Shown: piece after piece, positions 56,450 through 64,000 of the stretch
Position numbering within the stretch: the stretch's first letter is position 1
How the letters are laid out: each line of letters begins with the position of its first letter
Origin: Octopus vulgaris
Lineage: Eukaryota
DNA: 64,000 nt
Direction of reading: 5' to 3'
NCBI GenBank assembly: GCA_951406725.2
Contig: OX597817.1
Coordinates: 119,040,001 to 119,104,000 of the forward strand
Notes under the pieces: model-generated
What the model was told of the DNA's origin: nothing
Databases searched by the model: none
Seen by the model: the letters and a program-made list of their open reading frames with translations, nothing else
Translations under genes and position numbers: made by a program

Positions 56450-57185
56450 ATGTAAGTTAAAAAGTTGAGCTGTCCAAAGAGCTGATGAAGGAACATGACG
56501 AATTTTTTCTCAAAGAACTAAGACAAGATTACAAGTATAATTAAGAAGCAGCTTGGTGTAAATTTTCAAGCAGCATTAGATGAAAACTATTCAGCAGACA
56601 AGGAAACATGCTGCATTTATTGATGAGAGTACAAAAGAAGATTTTGGTAACAAACAAAAGAAATTAAGTTATGAGTAGATTTATAATGTTGATGAGATTG
56701 CCTTGTATTTGAGATGGGCTCTAAGAAGAACCCTGAAAACTAAAAGTATAGAATCATTAATAGTTCATAAGGCATGGGAAGATCATATCAGTGTGATGGG
56801 TTACTCTTTGCTTTAATGCTTTGGAACTCACAAATCTAAGTTACTGATCATCAGCAAAAGTTTACATATCAGAGCTTTCAAAAGTATGACACAGATTTAA
56901 AACAAATGACTGTGCCAACAAAAATGGGTTGTCAACACCTAACATTACAACTAGCATTACAAAGAAATTATGTAAAATTATGTGAAAAAATATTTTGTTC
57001 TCAAAGCAAGAGATCATAGTAACTGCAGAACAGTATAGGAGATTCTTAATGAATTTAATGTAACAAAGATGGTTTACTGCCTTGCCAATGCTGAAAGCAC
57101 ATAGCTCAACTAATGTTGTCGAAGTTATTTCTCTCACTTGATGCTTTTAAATTTTAGTCTCCACTCCATGTCCCAACAAGACGAA
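56450..57185 (+). mobile_element. pogo/Tigger-like transposase remnant
   Basis: LSYE*IYNVDEIALYLRWALRRTL...EDHISVM...GTHKSKLLIISKSLHIRAFK matches the Tigger/jerky pattern IYNxDETGL...GxHKLK. Confidence 0.8.
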
Positions 57186-58275
57186 GTTTTCTTTTCAAAT
57201 TGCAAGGATAGTTTCAGATAATGGAAGATTTACAATTCCATTTATTACATATATGAAACTCCACTGTACTTAGCATGAAAATGCTCTCAAGAAGTACTTT
57301 TTCTGAATTCTGTTGGTGTGTGTGTGTGTGCATCCACACAAACATGCATACAAACACACACATTCTTATTTATAATAGAAAGAACTGTAACCAAATAAAA
57401 GTGATTACACAACTCCTTTCATCCTTTATTCATAGTTGATATTAGCTCTGTACTGACCTTGATGACTTACAATCGAGTAACAAATAACTGTCATTAGTAT
57501 TGCCAGGGCTTAGCTAAATCACTACATTATATCTTTGTGTGTGCGCACATGCATGCAAGTATGCATGTATGTATGGCAAAAATAACAAGCAGAAATTGCA
57601 CTAAATGGTTTTATCTAATTTCAAATTCCAATACCAATAAATAATTTTTGCATGATTTTGAAATACAATAAAAATACATATAAAAAAAAATAATAGCCGC
57701 AGATCTTTCCTATGGGATTAACAGTGTTGTTATTGCCAATATAATCATGATATTAATAACAAGTAACATAATAAGTTATAAGGACATCTCAAAATAATAC
57801 GAAGCATTTAATTTCTAAAGTGCATTTCTATGTTTAGACACTGATGTTCCAATGTTGAAATGCTAAAATAGCAGTTAAACAAAAAATGTAATTTACAAAC
57901 AAATACGGTATCTTGTTTTTACTGACCTTTCTTCATAGCTTATAAAGTCCCTAACCATGTTAAAGTAACATGATAATGTTGTCAGTAAATATAACATAAA
58001 TATAATTTTAATAACATCTTTGTTCAACTCTATTTATTTACTTATACTTCACAAATTACTGCAAATTAACCCGGAGTTTCTACCTTTGAATAGGTTGCTT
58101 CATCCGTGTTACTTGCGTGAATTTTGCTACCCTGGTAACTGTTTATTAAATTTTCCATGTTAACGGTAAACAAAGGATAATTCATTCATCCATTTATATA
58201 TATATATATATATATATATCTATTAATATTTCTAAGTTTCTCTAAAGTAGACTATAGCAGTGGTACTGGATATTA

Positions 58276-58504
58276 ATAGTTATCGCCAAGCTAATATGGC
58301 AGTCCAGAAATATAGGACGAATGCTGCCATTGATTAGCTCCAAGAGACCATTACCTGTAGCTATGGTCTCTTGGAACCCCTGTTTGAAGGTTATAATGGA
58401 CACAGGTTTGTGTGTCACATATCTAACTAGAGCTGATGGTCTCTTGGAGTTAATCAATGGCAGCATTCGTCCTATATTTCTGGACTGCCATATTAGCTTG
58501 GCGA

Positions 58505-58511
<7 letters not shown>
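58276..58511. repeat. Fold-back (76-bp arms, 1 mismatch) with a nested 13-bp hairpin, abutting (TA)n
   Basis: 58276-58351 vs 58436-58511; 58339-58351 also pairs with 58363-58375. Confidence 0.92.
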
Positions 58512-58548
<37 letters not shown>

Positions 58549-58871
58549 TAAATAAGGGTGTTTATGAAGTTTCAAATGGAAAGAGACTGCTCTTTCACAG
58601 GTATATATTTTATCCAAGTGTACACTGGTTTAGATACATATTGATTAATATACCTTATGAAGTTCCAGTTGTCGTTATATATGTTTACATCCAGCTGCTA
58701 TAGGAGAAAAGAATTTTAATTATATAAAGAAAATAGAGAGTTTGAGCACAGAAAAAGTCAACTTATTTATATAATAGTCAATTTCATATCACCTACATAT
58801 GTTTCAATCAGTTGCCTATATAAATAAATTGAAATTTCCTTTGCTCAAACTCTCCATTTTCTTTATATAAT

Positions 58872-59244
58872 AGGTGCAATCTTTCAGGATGATAATGCAC
58901 CAATTCACAAAGCTAAAGTTGTTACTGAATGGCACAAGGAACATTCTAGCGAAGTTGAACATCTTATCTGGCAACCACAGTCCCCAGATCTCGATATTAT
59001 TGAACATTTTAGAAAAACAAGTAAGGTAAGGAATCGATATCCTCCACCATCATCACTACAAGAACTGGAGACTGTTTTAGCTGAAGAATGAGCAAAAATT
59101 CCTTTGGAAACAATTCGAACTTTGTATACGAGTCCATACCTCAGAGAATTCACACTGTAATTACTGCCAAAGGCGGTCCTACTTAATATTAAAATAAATT
59201 TGCTTGAAATTTTAAGATGCTTCCATTATTTTGTGTAACCCCTG
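58872..59244 (+). mobile_element. Tc1-family transposase 3' fragment with right TIR
   Basis: GAIFQDDNAPIH...WQPQSPDLDIIEH...AKGGPT; ends CATTATTTTGTGTAACCCCTG-TA. Confidence 0.92.
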
Positions 59245-59283
<39 letters not shown>

Positions 59284-59424
59284 GTATATACATGTGTGTG
59301 TATATATATATATTGGTGTATATAAATATGTACATATATATTTATATATGCATACATATATATATATACATATATATACACATATATTTATATATACATA
59401 TATACGTGTATATATATATGTGTG

Positions 59425-59474
<50 letters not shown>

Positions 59475-59620
59475 CATATACGCACACACACATATATATA
59501 CACATATATATATATACTCACACATATATATATATATATATACACACATATATACATATATATATATGTATATATATATTTACATACACACACACATACA
59601 CACACAGACATATATATATA

Positions 59621-60020
59621 CAGGGTGCGATGGGTAAATTGTCATTTTATAATTCTAATTTCGCACATACACATTCTTTTCATTTTGTTGATTACACACT
59701 AGAATTACAGCCAGGATCAGATGGTGAATACAGAACAACCATTAGCTTACTGTGTCACCAACAAAGGTACTGAAAGTGATAAAAGTCAAACATCCAGTCA
59801 ACATCATGGTGTTTGGAGTGATCATGAGTGATGTTATGCCTCCATTCATCTTCCCACAAGGCCTCAGACTTAACATGGAGGCCTACATCAAGTACCTGGA
59901 GGATGTAGTACTCTGCCATGGGTCAAAAGAGTGGCTGCTGGAAGACCCTATGTCTGACAACAGGAATTTGCTATATGCCACACCATCAGAAGATAGTCAT
60001 GGCTGTCAGACGATTTCTGT
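59621..60020 (+). mobile_element. Tc1/mariner-superfamily element, internally deleted
   Basis: TA-CAGGGTG left end; KHPVNIMVFGVI...MPPFIFPQGLRLNMEAYIKYLEDVV, then frameshifted PWVKRVAAGRPYV*QQ. Confidence 0.85.
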
Positions 60021-60048
60021 GCATATATGTATCTACACACATATGTAC

Positions 60049-60096
<48 letters not shown>

Positions 60097-61269
60097 GTCT
60101 ATATATATATATATATACACACACAGCCGCTGGTATTTATAGGGTGTTAAACATTTTTGGTATGCAAATTAGGGACTCCTTCATATAGTAACTGCTGCAT
60201 TTGTTGAGTATATAAACAGTTTCGCTGATTGTTTCTCTGGAGACTGTTTCTCAAGTATATATTATTCAAGCATACATTTGTTTAGCACTATATTGATTAA
60301 CGATACTGGAAATTTCTATATGTGCATATGTACTAGCTTTTATCATTGGTTCTTCTTCAATATTAGTACCTTACACTTTTGAAACTCCAGTTGTCACTAT
60401 AGAGATTTCCATCATTTTCGATACAGGAGAAAAAGTTTAACAATACAATGCAAACGGAGAATACATACACAGAATAATCAATTCATTTATTATCATAGTC
60501 CAGTCAAGTTAATGACTTCATTCATATTGCCTCACTGCATTTCAGTTGATTGCTCTTATCCATATTTACACATTTAAAGTGCATTATGAAGTTGAAAACA
60601 GAAAAAAGCCCTCCTCGGGGTAAATTGACTGATATTTTTCAGATCCTAACAGACAGAAAATTTATTCTGATTGAATTGTAGCATGTGCGTCTTGGATTCT
60701 GTTCTAAAAATAGCCAGAGGTTGATTCTAACCTTACTGGACAAGTGATAGGCATAGTTCAGAGGACAAGCATAGTTCAGGTCATGTTACTATTCACTCTT
60801 TTGGTAATTCTGATTAACTGTTTATAAGCTAGCCCCTACCTTTCAACCTATTCAGTATGACCATAACACATTCCTCAACATCTTCATTCTGCTCTTTTGG
60901 CCAAATTTATTAACTGTTTAGGCTTACAAGACTGCTGCTATTATTCAGCATGTTCATGACATATTCCGCTATACACTTATTATTAATAAAATACATCTAT
61001 GTATGTAACCAATTGTTAGTTTTATTTATTTTATATCAACACTACTTATTTGTTGTAAAATTTATATTTGTTACTATTAAATATAATTATTTATTCAAAT
61101 ATATTAGTTGGTAGTTTGGGTTCATACACATATATTTGTCTATTTAATTTATAGTATAGATGTGCGATCCATAGGTATTAAATTTATTGTAAGTGTATTT
61201 AACTTTATGAACTATTCTTAGGTATCATTATGCACTATTTAAACAGTGCTTATTTAATCATATCTATTT

Positions 61270-62057
61270 AAATTCATTGAATGTATATTTAAATTTAAGG
61301 CAACAGAGTCCTCTTTCCCTCTAGTTGTTGATTAATTTGTGTTTTGATGTAAGAATCTGGTATAAATTTCCTCAAAGAAAAATTCACATCTTTTGTTTCC
61401 AACGATACGAGATTTTGCTTGGCTAATTATTTTCCACTTAAATGTATACTCCTTAGTTTTATCTTTAATTGCCCAAATTTGTTTGCTTAGACTAATGCTA
61501 GTCTCTTTTTTCCTATCCCTGAAGGTGTTTTCATGATTAGCTACCCTTCTTTTTGTATAATTTTCTGTAGAACCTATATACAGTAATAATCCTGTCCCTC
61601 ATATACTACCTTATACCAATATATTACACCTTTTCCCTACATTAAGAATTTAATGGACATCGTTTTCCTTTGGCACAATTGCAAGTTTTATTTTTAGAAG
61701 AGTTCCCTGTTTTGTTACTAATAGTGCCTTCAGAGTTATCCTCATTATATTATTTTCTTTGTTATGAGTCTTTACCATTAATTTAAGATAATTTACGTTA
61801 GAGTGTTTAATGTTTGCCTTACTATCCACTTTGTCATTGCTTTCCTTACCTACCTTAATACTTTTAATGTTTTCTCCTTTACGTTTGTTTCTGCTGTTAT
61901 AAGTAATAATATTTATATTTGTATTTATATTATCGTTTTTGTTGTTAATACTATGCTTACTGCTTCTTCTTTTAAGAGACTGTATGTTTAAATGCATAGA
62001 TTCTAGCGGGGATTCCATAAGAGTTACTTCCCTCCCTTCATTTGTCATGTATCTCAT
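61270..62057 (-). mobile_element. Penelope-like element remnant 1: Asn-rich linker and GIY-YIG endonuclease
   Basis: Minus, frameshifted: KTCNCAKGKRCPLNS*C...GVIY...YIGSTENYTKRRVANHENTF...SLSKQIWAIK...FKWKII. Confidence 0.85.
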
Positions 62058-62520
62058 TTCATCATTGCAGTTCCTGCATTTTTGTCATTTAATAATTCAT
62101 TTTTGAAAGTCAAATATAGAATGTCAGATATAAAATATAAAATTATACATCAGAATAAAAATCTCTATGATTAAATGTGTAAAATAATATAAAAAATAAA
62201 GATACATATCCTCTTTGAATAGAACCAGGATGTCATTCAAAATGGCAATTAGAGAAAGTGAAAATAGCAAAGCACTATGGGAATTTATAGTTGATTAGTT
62301 CTAAGGGAAGTAATTCCACTATTCATAGTTGAAATTAAATCATATTCTTTTCTTATCATCTTCTATCCAACTTTGTTGAGGGATATATATAATTTGTTAT
62401 AATATAATGTTTAGTAATATTTAAATTAATTTATCTATTTAATTATTTATATAATATATTCAACTACGATAGAGATCAAGAGTGTGTATTGATTAGAATC
62501 AAGGGGGTGGGGAGGCAGTT

Positions 62521-62975
62521 CAGTATTTCCTTTTACTGAAAGTAAAATTACTTTGGTGTCTACATTTACCTCCACTTTCATCGTATGTGATTAGTAATTG
62601 ATCTCTAGACTGTATCTATTTCCTAAATTCTGTTATACATAATAAACACATTTTATTCCAAATATTATAAGAGTGGGCTCTACTTATTATACTCCAACTT
62701 AGGGTGTAATCTCTTTTCCTAGATTTCAATTCCCATATATACTTACTTAAACCTGAGGACTTACTTAAATTAAGATTTTTGAAAGCCTTGTAATGTTGGG
62801 AGATTCTTTTTTAATTTCATTAGCTATAGATCCTATATAAACCTTATTTATATTTTTATTATTATTGTTCTTAGAGCTTACTATACATTTATAAATCATA
62901 TTTTCAATATTACAATTATTAGAGAGCTTAGATTTAGTCTTATCACGACATGAACATTTACCTATATGTGGATTA
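62521..62975 (-). mobile_element. Penelope-like element remnant 2: GIY-YIG endonuclease
   Basis: Minus: KCSCRDK...CNIENMIYKC...VYIGS...GLSKYIWELK...LSWSII...MCLLCITE...KCRH. Confidence 0.88.
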
Positions 62976-63121
62976 AGATTCCATCACTTTAAGGTACGAG
63001 ATTAGTTTACTAAACCCTGTGGGATTATACTTACATTTGAATATGAAGATAGGGAAATGGTTAGCCAGTCTAAATTTCACATAATAATATTAACAGTAAT
63101 CTCTCCTTAAATCGTCATATT

Positions 63122-63540
63122 AATGAAACTAAGCCTTGCAATTGTGCTCCTAATAAAACTTGTGTCCTAAATGGAAACTGCTGAATTAAAAATGCCCTGT
63201 ACCAATGCAAGATTATCTCTGGTAAAAAGGAATATTTTTATTTTGAATTATCCTCTACAGAACTGAAATCTAGACTGACAAAACATTTTTCTACCTTAAA
63301 ATACAATCATAAGCCTAATTTCACAGGGCTTAGTAAACTAATCCGGCACCTTAAAGACTCTAACAAGTTTTTTTCTTTAGACTGGAAAATTTTATCGATA
63401 TCATTTCCTATGACAAAGGGAAATCTTTCCATCCACTTTGCACATAGTAACAATTTTCAATGCTCTTTTCCAAACATAATCTGGTGAACCTATTTACAGA
63501 GTGAGTTTACAGATGTAAACATTGTAAAAGAACACTCATT
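63122..63540 (+). mobile_element. Penelope-like element remnant 3: GIY-YIG endonuclease with inverted 5' piece
   Basis: KPCNCAPNKTCVLNGNC*IKNALYQC...TELKSRL.KH...TGLSKLI..LK...LDWKIL; 62987-63033 is an inverted copy of 63310-63356. Confidence 0.82.
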
Positions 63541-64000
63541 CACTTTTTTAAAATAGTATCTACCCTTCACCTAACAATAATTTCTGCAAATTATCCTTTA
63601 TTTTTTCTTTATTATTTATCCTTACTTCCCATAATCTTTATTCCTCCATTCATTCTTTCTTCCCATCCTTTATCCATCCAATTTTGCCTGCTCCTCTCCC
63701 CTCTCTCTCTTTTAACTTTGTTTTATCTACCCCCTCTCTATTTATCTATACCTTTTTTCCTCCTCTTACCTTATGAAGTATATTTCCTTAATGGCATTTT
63801 CAAATATATGAGAAATAGAGATAGAGGTATAAAAAAATTAAATATATAAATAGATAAATAAACAAATATATAAATATATTTGTCACATACCGGGGATGAA
63901 TATAAGAAATAGAGATAGATAAAATAAATAAATAAATCTATATAAAGGGCACAGATACATAGAACATACAAAGTGAACCCATACACACACACACACAAAC

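Noticed and set aside
58295-58332. GGACGAATG resembling the J4/2 segment of an HDV-like ribozyme
   Set aside because: No P3/L3 or nested pseudoknot pairings found; a simple hairpin explains it.

Overview
AT-rich eukaryotic DNA full of microsatellites. The tRNA-derived SINE families and (TA)n/(CA)n/(AAT)n density suggest an octopod or coleoid cephalopod (inference from recalled repeat families, no database search). No confident host protein-coding gene was found; almost all long ORFs in the track are microsatellite artefacts. Identifiable content: four SINE families, RTE-clade LINE fragments (one ending in two C2H2 zinc fingers), non-autonomous Helitrons, TTAA-type MITEs, Tc1/mariner and pogo remnants, and three different Penelope-like (PLE) GIY-YIG endonuclease remnants at 61.3-63.5 kb. 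The most striking signal is a set of about 11 type I hammerhead-ribozyme (HHR) motifs, mostly in short (TA)n-flanked inserts. Four have a fully intact catalytic core, several occur as divergent pairs in fold-back palindromes, and five cluster at 23.2-24.5 kb. They look like PLE terminal repeats. CpG content drops sharply near 24.5 kb, suggesting a methylation boundary. The block at 52.9-55.2 kb looks like an assembly artefact. All folds, translations and alignments were done by eye; repeat boundaries are approximate.
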